A stretch of 63,016 bases of DNA, the filler included, from Folioceros fuciformis (lineage: Eukaryota): the NCBI GenBank assembly GCA_049999805.1. It is 12 parts of 12 records of this genome, joined end to end, with 100 filler letters (N's around TTAATTAATTAA, not from the genome) between each part and the next. Parts side by side here need not be neighbours in the genome. Positions count along the whole stretch, not along the records: positions 7,475 to 12,492 come from JBNGIO010001477.1; positions 12,593 to 25,591 come from JBNGIO010001479.1; 10 more parts are not named here. One strand, given 5' to 3'. Both the position numbers and the translations under genes were made by a program. Below the pieces are notes generated by a model. That model was not told where the DNA came from. It did not search any database and worked only from the letters and a program-made list of their open reading frames with translations. Below, piece by piece: positions 11,288-23,853 of the stretch (the stretch's first letter is position 1; each line of letters begins with the position of its first letter).

Positions 11288-12062
11288 TCACTTCTTATTT
11301 CGCCGTGCTTTCTTAGAGCCCCATGCCTCAAACCTGGCTGCTGGACATCCACAGGGCGCTCGGAAGATAAGAACGGCCCTTCCATTAGGAGGAGCCATCC
11401 TGCGAAGCTCTGCCTCCAGTTCCTTCTGCTCATGGCCAAGCTCAACACCGTTCTTCCAAGAAAGCCCATCAGTGATAACAGGAGCCGTTTTCACGCACTG
11501 CTCTGTCTCCAGCTGGATATCAAGCTCCATGGCTTTCCGGAGACCCCTGCAATCAGGGTTATCACATTTTCTGCTTTTGTATTGATAGATCTCCCATGCA
11601 GCAATCACGAAGACGAACATGAGCACAGTCCCCAGAGCGTACGCCACCGGAGCTTGGTAGACCACTTCCCCTGTGCCGAACAGAAGTATCGAAGTTAGAA
11701 AGGGTGCGGGTGAGAACCCTGCACGTCACGAGTGTCTGCAGCACCGAAAACAACTGACCTATCATGAGGAATGTTGCTGGAAGGAGCTCGGCAAACTCAT
11801 TGCAGACATACTTGAAGTATGGCGTGAAAAGAATGCCCATGGAGCCCAACACCACCAGCAGCATAATAACGTCAAATGCTGCTGCGGTGGACTGTTCGCA
11901 AAGCGGAGGGCCAGAGTTATTTTGCGAGGCAGCAGGAAGCTTCCGCAGCCGGTACTGACTATGGTGGTGCCGGAGCTGGTCGGCCAGCGGCACAGAACTT
12001 GCCATGTTGCGCTGATTCTCTAGAGCCCGACACACGGATGCAAGGCTTTTGTACTCCACCAT
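11288..12062 (-). CDS. At5g19025-like uncharacterised membrane protein, 2 exons
   Basis: Exons 12062-11759 and 11670-11288 (GT-AG). Motifs C..S..A..D.I.LL.V, RKC.NP.CRGLRKA.E.DIQLETE.CVK, ELEAELRRMAPPNGRAVLIFRAPCGCPA.RFEAWG.KK.RR.KK. Confidence 0.88.
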
Positions 12063-12492
12063 AGGGGCCCCTCCCCTTCTCTACAGCGACACGGCAAAAT
12101 ACTCAAGATATGCCGAACAAATCCGTGCGTGTGGCTCCAATTCAGAGAATTGACCCACCGATCTGGCGGATCTCCAGCTCCCTTAACCCCGTAACGCACA
12201 ATTCAACCTCCAGCTTGCCCGATCCGCCACAGGAACACATGCACTGGCGCCCTTGCCCTTCACCTGCGAGTCCAGAACCGGCAGCAGCCAAGAGAAGGAA
12301 GCGTGAATCAAGAACCCTGGTGCGGCTCCAATTCCGAGATCCAAAGAAACCCCGGGACAATTCCAGGCTCCCGGAACAGCAATCTCAGTCAGGCAAGCCG
12401 TAGCAGCAGCATTCGCAACCAAATTGGAAAGAGCTGCAGCAAGCAGGCATAAGGCAAGGAAGGAAGCGTGTGGTAGTGTGACAGAGGCCGGT

Positions 12493-12592
12493 NNNNNNNN
12501 NNNNNNNNNNNNNNNNNNNNNNNNNNNNNNNNNNNNTTAATTAATTAANNNNNNNNNNNNNNNNNNNNNNNNNNNNNNNNNNNNNNNNNNNN
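12493..12592. other. Artificial contig linker
   Basis: 44 N + TTAATTAATTAA + 44 N. Confidence 0.99.
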
Positions 12593-12971
12593 GCTATTAA
12601 TTTAAGTAATGCAACCCTAATTACTTTAATTTCTTTACTTGGCAAGGGGCTCTTGATAGGGTCCTAGTTATATTAGCAGCACCAGCATGCTCACTAAGGA
12701 ATTTGCTCAATCTGGTCGTAGGCTCAATAATGAGAGGTTTACAACTTTGGATCCTGATGTGCACAGCCTCCTCTCTAGCGGGACGAAAGTAAGGGAAATA
12801 GTCGTAGAGGCAGGGTTAATCGAGAAGTTAGACTTGGTTAAAGCGAAGCGTGTTCGGGCATTAGAAGATCCTCTAGTCATTCCCCAGCACCTAGACCAAA
12901 TTGCAGTGGCAGTAGCCTGGAAAGCCTTACACCAAGCGATTCAACGGCTAGTCATCACTCCTACCTCTTAT

Positions 12972-15900
12972 GGAGTGGAATGTTGTGTCTGGGGACACCA
13001 CGAGGTCCACACTAACCCTCTATGTTGTTATAGCCATGGGATTCACTCCCAAGGAAATGATTTGTGCCAAGTAACATAGGTTTCTTCTACCACGGACTCT
13101 TACCTAGGTTAGGCCTTATCCGCTATCGTTTCTACTACCCACTAGCTCCCTACCACTACCCCCGGTTAGACTAGCTACCGCGGACCCTACTCTACGACTG
13201 CGGTCACTGGTTCCGCAACTGGTAGTGGTCTCCATGATCGTTGTGGCTCCCACCCAAAACCCTAACTAATATTTTTGGTGCATGCGTCGCCGCGGGTTTT
13301 TGCCCCAAGGGCTTCCAGACTCACAAACCTTGTCTTATTGGATGCTTCTAACACATGCAAATGCTAATCCTTGGGGAACAAGACCCCGCGAATCAGCCAC
13401 ACTCCTCCACACACACATGCAACACTCTCCACTCATGCAAAACACATGAGAACTCTGGTGTACACTTATTCCTCACAGGTCTGTCCCCACGTGTCTTCAA
13501 TCTCCTAGCAATGTCCACAAATCCCCAGCGAATCCTTGACAATCCTCCCTCACTCTCCAACAATCTTCAGCAGTTGTTCACAAACGTGTGGAAATCTCTC
13601 CGAGCCTTCCAAAAATCACATCCAAGCCTTAGCAATCTTTCTCAACCCATCCAGCAATTTCTCAGCAGTCTCTTCAGTCTCCAGCAATCGTCTAGGGTCC
13701 TTCAATAAAACCATAAAACTCCACCTCACTCTCACTGCCGCTTGACTTCTCTTGTTGAGGCGTGGGTAGGGTCCGCCGAGGGGTCCTTCCCCCACCTTCC
13801 AGCCGATGTTACTGAGGACCATCACAGGTTCTTGCTCCACCCAGGCCTGCGCTTCTTCTTCTGTGAGTTCCTCCAAGACTGCCTCTGAGTAGCAGGGAGG
13901 CAGCCCCCACACCCAGAAGCAATGGGAGTAGCATCCCCTGTGGGTCCTCAGTTGCAGGCAATAAGCCCTTGTCCCTCCTATTTCCACACGCACATGGACA
14001 GTAAGGTTAAGTACACGATCCCCATTCACATAGAGGCCAGGAATATAAGATTCCTCATCCAGATGGTGTAATACAATCTGGCCTCCTGCTGCAGATGAGG
14101 TGCTTACCCCCTCCTCCCGTGGGCTACCCCAAACTGTCTGTCTTCTGCTCTCTTAGGGTACTGGGGTCCTTTGTTCCCCTAGTTGCCGTTGTCCTCAGTC
14201 CTGTCCTCATGGTGCAGGTTGTCCTTCCAACTCCCCCGATTGCGGGTTCCGCTGCTTCCTCAACCTTGGTGGGGGTTTCCTCTACCGCTGTGGTCTCCCT
14301 CTGATCGGTAGCAGCTTCTGCTACCTCGATCGCGAACCTGCTGCTCCATTTGACCCTCCCTTTTCCTTTGACTCGGCTCCGGGCCTCATCCCATTCTTGT
14401 TTGTACTGGTCCACGAGCTTCTGGACCTTCTCCACTACAGCCGCCTCCTGCTCTTGTGCTCTCAACAACTCCTATTGCATTTCCTGGTTGGCTTTGTGGA
14501 CCTCTTTGACTTGAGTCAGGAACAGTTCCTGCTGATCTTTCATTACCTATACTTGTTCCTGAGCTCGGCGTACTTCCTTCGGCACCCGTAGCTTCGCTGC
14601 ACTCAGGGCCTGTCGGTCTTCCTCCAATTGTTCCCGCCTTGCTTTCGCTTCAGACAGCTTGGCCTACACCTCCTCTTCTCTCTGTCCCTGCATGCTCATC
14701 CAAGTGAGCGCCCGGGCAGCCTGATCCAGCATATCTGCCTGCGCTCGGACCATGGCCGTTGTCAGGCCCAGCATGTCCACCTATTGGGGTGCACTTCCAG
14801 TGGCCATCCCTTTGTCCAGGATTCCCCTCCCCAACAGGGTGTGCACCCTCGCCAAGTCCTCCGCCTATAAATTCGCCACCAAGGGGATGTCCTTAAAGAT
14901 CTCTTCCCACCCTCGAAAGAGTTCTTCTCCTGAAGTCAGCCCTAATTTCCCTGCCACCTCAGCCGGTTTTGCCTCCTCAGCTGGAGTCGATTCCTCGGGT
15001 TCAGCTGAGGAGGTGGCTGGCTGCCTAGCCCCTGTTTTCCGGGCAGACTCTTGTAGCGCCAAATTCACTGCTAACCTGGTGACGCATGCCCTCACTTTCC
15101 TCCTCTTCACGGGGGTCGTCCATCCGGCTTCTGCATTCCGTTTCCTACTTACCGACGCCTCCTCTTCCGAACTTCCCGTCGCCGCGGACTCCCAGTTGCT
15201 AGACTTTGCCTCCTCCTTGAGCTCTTCCGGCTTCTACTTGACCTCCCTGACATGCTTCCACATATGCAGGGAAGCCACAACATTCAGCTCTAGCAGACTG
15301 TTACCATGAGAATACAAATGAGCCAGGAAGGGTGAAGTCAGAGACGGACGGGGGGTGGGAGACGTCAAGTTCTGGCTCTCCTCATTTAGTCGATCGAAAA
15401 TAATTTTCCCCCAGTCAATCCTGCTCCCCTTGACGACTTCATGCAAGAACACCAACATGTGGTTTGACAAGTAGTCCTGCTTCCTATGCTGCAGAAAACA
15501 CAAGAGCCACCTGGCCAGTCCCATGAGCTGAGCGGTCACCATCTCGCATGCCAGCCAGCCATTGGCCTCCCTTCCTATCCCAGACTTGAACAGAGCTGCT
15601 GCCGCCGCCGTGGGGCTGCGCTTCCGCAAGGACTCGATCATGAGTCCACCAGCTTCTTTCTGGCTCCGCCCAGACACTGCCCTGACCAATTCCACCTCCT
15701 AGTCCTGGGGTCTCTCCCTAGTCCCTTCTTCTCGCGACCTGCTCCGCAGCTGGTGCGTGCACTCCTGTACCATGGCGAGGGTCACATGGTTCCATGGCTT
15801 TGCCATGAACCCAAGTCCTAACTCTCTCCACTAGTCCTCTTGCCCTGGCCTTCTAATGGTCCATGTTGGGCTAGAGCACTACCTCCACCTGTGGCAAAAG

Positions 15901-16230
15901 CTCCGGCGCAACGTCCCTACACAACTCCGCCGACACCAGATCAGTAGTCATCCCCTCCATCGTCCTTTGCTCCAAAGTCCACCTAGGCACCGCCACCTCT
16001 CCTGGTACCATAGCGCTCCGCTCTCCCTCGAACCTGTCAGGGAAATTGCCATGCCCACATTCCCCCTCCGTCCGGTGCGTTCGTCTGCACGCCGCGCTTT
16101 GTCGCCAAGTTCACTCCCCGACGCCACTCCCACCACGGTTCCGCTCCCCTTCGAAAATAGCCCGGGACACTTGGGTCCCTACTTAGGGTTTCTACTCGGC
16201 ACTTTTGGAGAACTTCACATGGACAGCAGC
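12972..16230 (-). mobile_element. Repeat family copy A: decayed long minus-strand ORF, probably an extra ORF of a Gypsy-type retrotransposon
   Basis: ORF pieces 15234-15695 (IDWGKIIFDRL...PFLAHLYSH), 14865-15110, a coiled-coil at 14124-14750, and 13616-14029 (LEELTEEEAQAWVE) are homologous to 17040-17543 + 24052-25591 and to 52793-53560. 12972-13075 matches 51029-51130. Confidence 0.7.
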
Positions 16231-16405
16231 ACCTAGTAGTTCAAGGGTGGGCATAACAAGGCAATTTTCTTCCAATCGATAGCTTCACCAACCACTTGGA
16301 GAGCAAGTGCGCGCCTGCATGTCCCAATGCCAACGCGCGCAGGATACTTGAGAGCATCCACGCATTCAACCCACTAATTGCATGAAAGTGCGAGTGGGCA
16401 ATGCC

Positions 16406-16640
16406 ATGGTGGACAACAAGGAGGGGCATGTTAGTGTGAACGATTATGCCCCCAGGCTCGTGCTCTTGGACATAGGGGCACAACCAATCATCATTAGCAA
16501 GACCCTTATAGCTAGGCTCCACTCGCAAGGAATGGTACTCTGCCCTTCACACTAGAACATCCAGACAGTGTCTAGTGCTGTGGAACCTGTGTGTGGGGAG
16601 ACTATTCAGCTCATAGCCATCACACTCAAGCATGGGTGTG
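16406..16640 (+). pseudogene. Retroelement aspartic protease remnant
   Basis: Frame reads MVDNKEGHVSVNDYAPRLVLLDIGAQPIIIS...*NIQT; LLDIGA is a mutated LLD(T/S)GA catalytic motif; internal stop. Confidence 0.6.
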
Positions 16641-16659
16641 ATGGCTACGGGTTGTGTGT

Positions 16660-17543
16660 TCTCTTCCTCACAGGTGCAGAGCACCCCTTCCACTAGCCAC
16701 AACAATCGCAGAGCTATGTCATACAGCTCTCAACTAACCAAGGATCTTCCTAGTCCTCTTGTCATGAGAGAACAGCATGCCAAATCAGGCCTTCATCGAT
16801 TGGATGTCTCCAACCACAACGCCTAAATTCAGCACATGGAAGCTCACACCTGAAAATTGTCTCTTGAGAGAGACGTAACAAGGTCCCTTATACATCTAGT
16901 CTTGGAGTACCATTACTGCCGCAGCCTTTAGAGTCTTAAGAAATGATTATACCTTCCTAGCACGCTTTGAAAGTCAACAATCTTTGGTTCAAAATCATTA
17001 GCTTACTATCCTTTAATAAAAAACCTAACCTAATATGCTCCCCAAACTAGCGTGCTCGTCCTCACTGCGGCCGTCTTGGCCTTCGGTCCCTTGTCATCCC
17101 CCTTGCTTTCTGGCCCCTTCATTGATTTGGGAGATCTTCCCATAACACCTCCACTTCACTCCCACTATCCACAGCTCTCTCTCCTCCTAGGAACTCTTCT
17201 CGGCTCTTCAATACTGGACAGCCACACCATGTGGCCTTCCACCCAAGCCCGCACCTCCTCTTCCATCATCTCCTCCAGCCTCACATGTGAAGGGTACGCC
17301 TCAGCGCCCGTTCGCAGGAACCATTGATAACACCCTGTGGTTGTTAAAATGTGCAGCCAATTGTTCTTGCCCCCTCTTGTTCCAACCACCACATACACAT
17401 TTAGAGCAAGCACGCGCTTACCTTACAATTGGAGGCCAGGGACATGGGTATCCTCATCCCTACATCCCAGCACAATATGGCCCCCTACTAAAGAGGTCCT
17501 TACTCTCTCCTCCCGTTGACACTCTTGGGGGGGGGCTGCCTCT
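16660..17543 (-). mobile_element. Repeat family copy B, part left of the Copia insertion
   Basis: Colinear with 52405-53287; encodes ...LHILTTTGCYQWFL...LEEMMEEEVRAWVEGHMVWLSS on the minus strand. Confidence 0.8.
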
Positions 17544-17742
17544 TAAAGCAAGTGTGGATCATTTAGGGGCACGAGTGGGTACGAGCGAAAGCGCGAGAGC
17601 GCAGCAAAGAAGAATGAAAAACGATTATTATTTTCACAGGAAATTGCTGAATATATACAATGGTGATAAGTTTGTTGTAACTATTCATAAAACTACTAAA
17701 GCATATTCATCCTAACATATAGGTGAATTAAGTATTTCTTCA
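17544..17742 (-). repeat. Copia 3' LTR (TG...TA termini)
   Basis: About 18 differences from the other LTR over ~199 bp by manual count (~91% identity); adjacent to the PPT. Confidence 0.93.
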
Positions 17743-17946
17743 CTCCCTCTTAGTTGCAATGAACAGACTAAGGTAAAACATGAAGATAATAATATTGTCT
17801 TAAACACAGGAACCCTGATTCGGGTTCAAGACAAAACTGAAAAGGAATCTACTTGAGATCCAATACACTAGTTGTTACGCTCCTCGCTCCTCTGTCCTCT
17901 ATCCTCTGGCCTGCCTATTGCGCTCCAGAATTCAGCTACAAATACC

Positions 17947-18805
17947 ATGGCGCTCCACACCTCCATCTTCGAAGTCTGTGATCTAGCTGCTATCCTCCTG
18001 GGTTGGTTTGCAATTTGCTTCATAGGGATATGGCTGCTCCGCTATAAGCACTGCTGCTTACTCACTGATGAACCTATGGCGAAGGCTCCCAATGGAGTTG
18101 AGTGCATTCACTGTGGAAGGGAGTGGATACCTACTTCCAAATACTCCCCTCGATAGTGGACTCTACATAGCTCTATTTGCCAGCACCCACCTACGGACAT
18201 CGACGCTCCCAAAACAGCATAGCAGCAAGCCTTGAAGGACTACAACAAGGTATACTTGAAGACCTGGACACTTACTGGCGACAAGGTTCAGCCTTATGAC
18301 ACACCTCGTGAAGTATCCTCTGAAAGAAGACTGACCAAGGAGCACTACTAGGCCGCTATATTGAAGGCCATGCCAAAAGAGGAAGATGAGTTGGAATACT
18401 ACTACTCGTACAGAATCAGCTCGGGAGCAAAAAAGACTCTCAGCAAGAAGGACCTCGGGAGCAGAAAAGACTCTCAGCAAGAAGGACCACGTCATATTGA
18501 TGCGGGCCACAAGGATCACTGGCAATGATGGTACTCCCTCTGTAGGGGCAAGACAGAAAAAGAGAAAATATGACGACCCAGATGAGGAAGGTCAGGCGCT
18601 TACAAGTACGTGTGAGCTTCATCCACCCTACCTTCCTGCTAACCTACCTCCCCTCAAGCATGCTCGACTCACCTTTACTTACCCTGTTGTGTGGTCTGCA
18701 GGTCCATTGGATGAACTAAAGAAGACGCCACTGCGAACACTGAAGGCAAAAATCAGCGAGAAAGGCTATCACGTAAACCTAGGAGCATGTTGTAAGGAGG
18801 AGTAG
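17947..18805 (+). pseudogene. Disrupted antisense extra ORF inside the Copia, between RNase H and the 3' LTR (~274 aa reconstructed)
   Basis: A single frame after reading through three TAG codons (18154, 18220, 18349) and removing one copy of a 34-bp duplication (18421-18454 / 18455-18488). Confidence 0.65.
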
Positions 18806-18829
18806 ACTAGTGGGATGTCCCTGTCCCAA

Positions 18830-21800
18830 GAGTAGGTGATATCTGATTGATCCCAGCTGCAGCCATGTGTTTGAGATGTAGCAATTTTGGAAGTGCCTAA
18901 GTCAGGACATCAGCAACATTCTCACCTGTTGGAATATATTGGACATCTACCTCTCCTATGTCATAAGCTTGTCTGATAAAATGATGTGTGATCTCTATAT
19001 GCTTGGATCAAGCATGGAAAACCAGGTTCTTCATGAGTGCAATGGCTGATTGATTGCCACACCACAACCTTGAGGCACCTGCTGGCAATTGTTGAAGTCC
19101 TCTAAGGAATGAACGAATCTAGATTACCTCATGAGCTGCTTGGGATAACGCACCATACTCAGCCTTCGTCGAGGAAAGACAGATTGTTGTCAACTTCTTA
19201 CTCGACCAGGACACCACTGAGCCTCCCAACAGATTGTAATAAGCTGCTATACTCCTTCTAAAATTTGGATTGCTTGCCCAGTCTGCGTCGCAGAAACCAA
19301 CAAGCTCTAATCCATCAGTCTGCCTAGTGTCCTTCAAGCCTAACCGAGGAGTTCCTTTGAGATAACGAAATATTCTCTTCACAATTGCCCAATGCACCTC
19401 TCCTGCGCTCTCTAAAAAATGTGAAACATTGCTCACTGCCTTGGATATATCTAACCTAGTCCATGATGCTAGGTACAGAAGACTACCAACTGCCTGCCTA
19501 TATGGGCGAGTAGACATAAGGTCCTGTTTCTCCTACATGGTAGGGCAATGTTCCTTAGACAGCTTCTCACTGGTAGACATAGGTGTAGATATAGGACATG
19601 CTTCAGCCATGTTGAATTGCTGCAGGAGCTGAGTGACAAATTGTTCCTGATGCAGCTTAATTATATGCATGTCTGCCGAAAACTGGAACTGTACACCAAG
19701 AGAAACGAAGTTGCCCAAGGTCCGACATATAAAAACGAGATAATAGAACACTCTTAATCCTAGCCATCAAGATCAAGGAAGTACTAAGAAGAAAGTTATC
19801 GTCCACATAAACTGATAAAATTAGAAAGTCGTCACCATCCCAAAGTATATAAACAGTACTATCAGCATCTGAGCATGTAAATCCTAATTCGATCAGCAGA
19901 GCATGAAACGTTTCATTCCAAGCTTAGCTTGATTGTTTGAGGCCATAAAGTGTTTTGAGCAACAAGCAAACTTTCTCCTCGTCCATCACAAAACCCTCAT
20001 GCTGCTGCATGTAAATCTCCTTTTCTAAAGTACCATTAAGGAATGTTGTCTTGACATCTAGTTGGTGAACGTGAAGACCAAAATGAGCAGCTAGAGATAG
20101 CAATATTCGGACAGAGGTAGACTTAACTACGGGTGCAAATGTTTCATTATAGTCTAGGCCAGCAACCTGGCTATACCCTTTGGCAACTAATCTAGACTTG
20201 TAGCAACCAACATTGCCATCAGTGTTAAGTTTCTTTTTAAAGACCCATTTACAAGCCACTGGTTTACGACCTTCTGGCAAATCTACAAGTTTCCAGGTAC
20301 CATTGGCAATGAGAGAATTATACTCGAAGTGTATGGACTCCTTCCAGAACTCTGCCTCATGACCGTAATGGCTTCTAGGAAGGTGGCTGTTTCAGATCTA
20401 TTAAAATTGGGAACAGAAGTCTTGGAAGTTACACTTGCAACGAAAGGAGGTTCTATCCACTCATGGCGAGGAGGTCGATTCCTAGTGGACCTGCAAAGAA
20501 CAGGTGAAAAGAGTGTATCCTCGATAAGTATGGGGTCTGGATCTGCAACTACTAGTAAATCAGGAGGCACTGGAGGATCAACTGCTACAGGTTCATCAAC
20601 AAGAGCAGACTCAGCAATTGGAAGTAAGGTAAACTCATCTGATGCAGTAGAAGATGACACAGACGGTGATGGTTGCTGAAGTTGCGGAGGTAACTGGTTG
20701 ATCTGCTCCCGTGAAGCTGAAGTAGTTGCATCCTCGAAGTAAAAAATGGAAACATCAGTGTCCTTATCAGCAACAAAATCAACTTCGTCATCTACACCAT
20801 GAATAGTGGCGGGTGGCAGCACAGAGGGAGGAGATAACAAGCTGTCATTTCGATGAAGTAAGGCATTCTCATGGAAAATTACGCTGTGAGAATAAGAAAC
20901 TTGCCGAGGGCTAGGATCAGATAGCTTGTAACCCTTGCCTTCCTCAGCATAGCCAACAAAAATTTGACGAACTACCTTCGGGTCGAGCTTACTCCTAAGC
21001 TGAGAGGGAACAGGTGCATGTGCAGGGTTGGCAAAAATCCTCATATGTGTGATACGAGGTTTCTTATGCGTCCAGCGTTCGTATGGTGTGATGAGGCCAA
21101 GCTCCTTTGTAGGAAGGCGATTCTGCACATAATTAGCTGCAACGAGAGCTTCTGCCAAGTATCCACGAGTCAACCCAACAAAAGACAAACTGGAAAGTGT
21201 AGCCTCTTGTAAGGTGCGATTCCTTCGTTCAGCAAAGGCATTTTGGGCAAGCGTATATGGGACGGTAAATTGATGGACAACTCCCTCTGCTGCACAAAAG
21301 TCCAAAAAAGCATGACTTAAATACTCTCCACCATTATCTAACCTAAAAATCTTGAGCTTGCAGCCTGTTTGTTGCTGAGCCATAGTGACAAAATCTTGAA
21401 AACAGGTGAAGGTGTCACTTTTGCTATGGAGAACATAAATTGTGCAATACCGGCTCCACTCGTCAATAAAGGTCAGAAAGTAATGAGCACCACCAAAAGA
21501 GGCTGTGGACATGGGTCCACAAAGGTCACTATGAACTGTATGGAGAAGACTAGGTGCTCGTGAGAGGTTTTGATCTCGGAAAGGCTGTGAGATAACTTTG
21601 TTGACTTGACAGGAATCACAAAATGCATGGTTTTCGAAAGAGAAGGACAAAGAATCTCTAAAAACAGTGTTGTTCACCAACAGGGACAAACGCTGAAAGT
21701 TGACGAGTCCCAAACGACAATTCCCCAGCTGAGTAGGAGATAGGGATAGAGACTGGCTGACTTGAACTGTAGTTGGTTGTGATAGCGTTTTGACATTCAA

Positions 21801-23111
21801 GAGGTACAAATCGTTAAAGGGAGTGCTAGAGAAAATCTCATCCCAGTCAACTATAGTGGAAATTGCGCAACCAGAATGGTCAAAGCAAATTCTACAAGAG
21901 TGCTCTTTAGAAAGCTTAATCACTAACATTAAGTTTTTGGTCATGGCTGGGACGAATAGCACACCTATCAGAATCATGGTGGTTGAATTGGGCAACTCAA
22001 TGGTAACTAAACCTGGACCCTTGATGGATAAGCCACTGTTGTCTCCTAACAAGACAAACTGTTGGCTGTCAGAAGAAGGAACAAAGTGATGGAAAGCACA
22101 CCTATCGTAGCAAATATGACTGGTGGCCCCCGAGTCCAAAAACCACATATCATAATGGATTTGAATTGAGGCCAAGCAAACAGCAAGGATAGAAAGTGAC
22201 TTAGCAATAGTTGTTGGCTTGGCTGTGGCTAGATTGGATTCGGGAGCAATCCCTTCCTTACGTGGTTCTCTAGCATGCTTCTTCCTACATACCTTCTCAA
22301 AATGCCCTGGTATCTTGCACCAGTCACAAGTAAACGTCTTCCTTTGGAGATTAGGTTGCTTGGCTGTTGGGTAGCCACCTTGACCTTGTCCTCCTCGACC
22401 TTGTCCACGAAAGCTCCCTCTGCCACAGCCAGAAAACATAACTCTTGAACTGGAATGCTGTTGTGCAGTTTCCTTTCCTTTGTGAAAACCCTTGGTGCGC
22501 TCCTCTGCTAATAAGGCCCCAATCAACTCGTCCAGAGAAAGGGCTGGAAGGCCTCCTACCACTGCAGAGGAGGCATGAGCAAACTGTGAACTCATGAAAT
22601 GACAGTAGCTTTGAGGTAAGGAAGCTAGCAGATTGGTCCCAGCTTGTTCCTCTGTGAGAGTTGTGCCACAATATGCCAAGGTAGCATGTGCTGTCCTAAA
22701 GCGGTTCATATAGGACTCCACTGACTCGTTGTCCTTCATCCTCATGCCATAAAAATCCCTATGTGCAAACACTTGAGATGCATTACTCCTGTCCTTATAA
22801 ATCTGGCTAAAACTATGCCATACAGCCGAAGAGGAGATAACACCCAATGTGTGAGGCATCATGTTTCTGTCGAGGGAAGCAATGAGAATCAAACGTGCTC
22901 TCCTATCCTTTCATTTCCAGTCGAGAACGTCGACAGCATTAGTTGTTGTTGCAGTAGGACATCTCTCACTCCCATCTACCACAGACATCAGCTCGCTTTC
23001 CTCAAATATCCGGGTCAATCTCAGTGACTACGTATTCTAGTTGTTTCCATTGAAACGATCCTTATCCCTAAACTCGATCTTCAAGGCAGGTTGAGGAAGA
23101 GCTGCTGCCAT
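18830..23111 (-). pseudogene. Copia gag-pol polyprotein, with stops and frameshifts in the gag N-terminus, RT and RNase H
   Basis: Zinc knuckle CDWCKIPGHFEKVC; protease WFLDSGAT; integrase HSDLCGP / FIDEWSR / DNGGEY / AERRNRTL in the 869-aa ORF 20283-22892; RT CKWVFK...RLVAKGY...QLDVKT; RNase H GFCDADWA...VSWSSKK...SSTKAEY. Confidence 0.95.
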
Positions 23112-23853
23112 AGTTGATGTGGATGCCCTGATTGAGGATGATGCTGATGTAGATGCTGCGGTGGTAGAAGTGGTAGAAGCAGTGACAGTACCTCTAGTTG
23201 TGGTAGGTTGTGCTCTATAAGCTGCTCCAGGAGAGATCAGAGGTGTCTCCTCTCCAGGATGTTGTCCACGAGAATGGTAAGCAAAACCTTCCCGTGGCCT
23301 CCCCTCGCGAGCTCCTTATGTGGGTTCTCAAGAAAGACCTAATTCAAAGTTGAAATCCGGGCGCCTATAGCGTTCTTCAACGCGTGTTGGATCAGTATCT
23401 TGATCCAGCTCAACGATGCCGCTAGCATCTAAGTCAAACTCATCTTCTGAAGGGGGCTCCGGACGTCTCCTAGGCGGCATCACATCAAAGCTTGAACACA
23501 AGTTAGTAGGGTGTTGCTCCCTCACGATGAGCAGCTAGCAACTCCACAAACTGCATGCGCCGGGAGATTTGATGGCTTTGACATCGTTTTGTATCTGCCA
23601 GAGAAGGGTGTTGGACTCACGCTGCGCCTTGAACAGGTTGATCCGGCTGGAAGCCTCGGTGAAGATTGCCAGGATACTGATGTGTAATGATTCTCCTGGC
23701 AAGCTGTGCAGATGAAACCCGTTATGATGGAAGGAAAGTTGTTAGCGTCTCTGTTGACCTTCCGCCTGGGCACACGTGAAGCAATCCCTCTCTTAGGCAC
23801 CGTGCCTCGCTGCACATGGGGGCTCGTGTGGATTGCCTACGGCTCTGATACCA

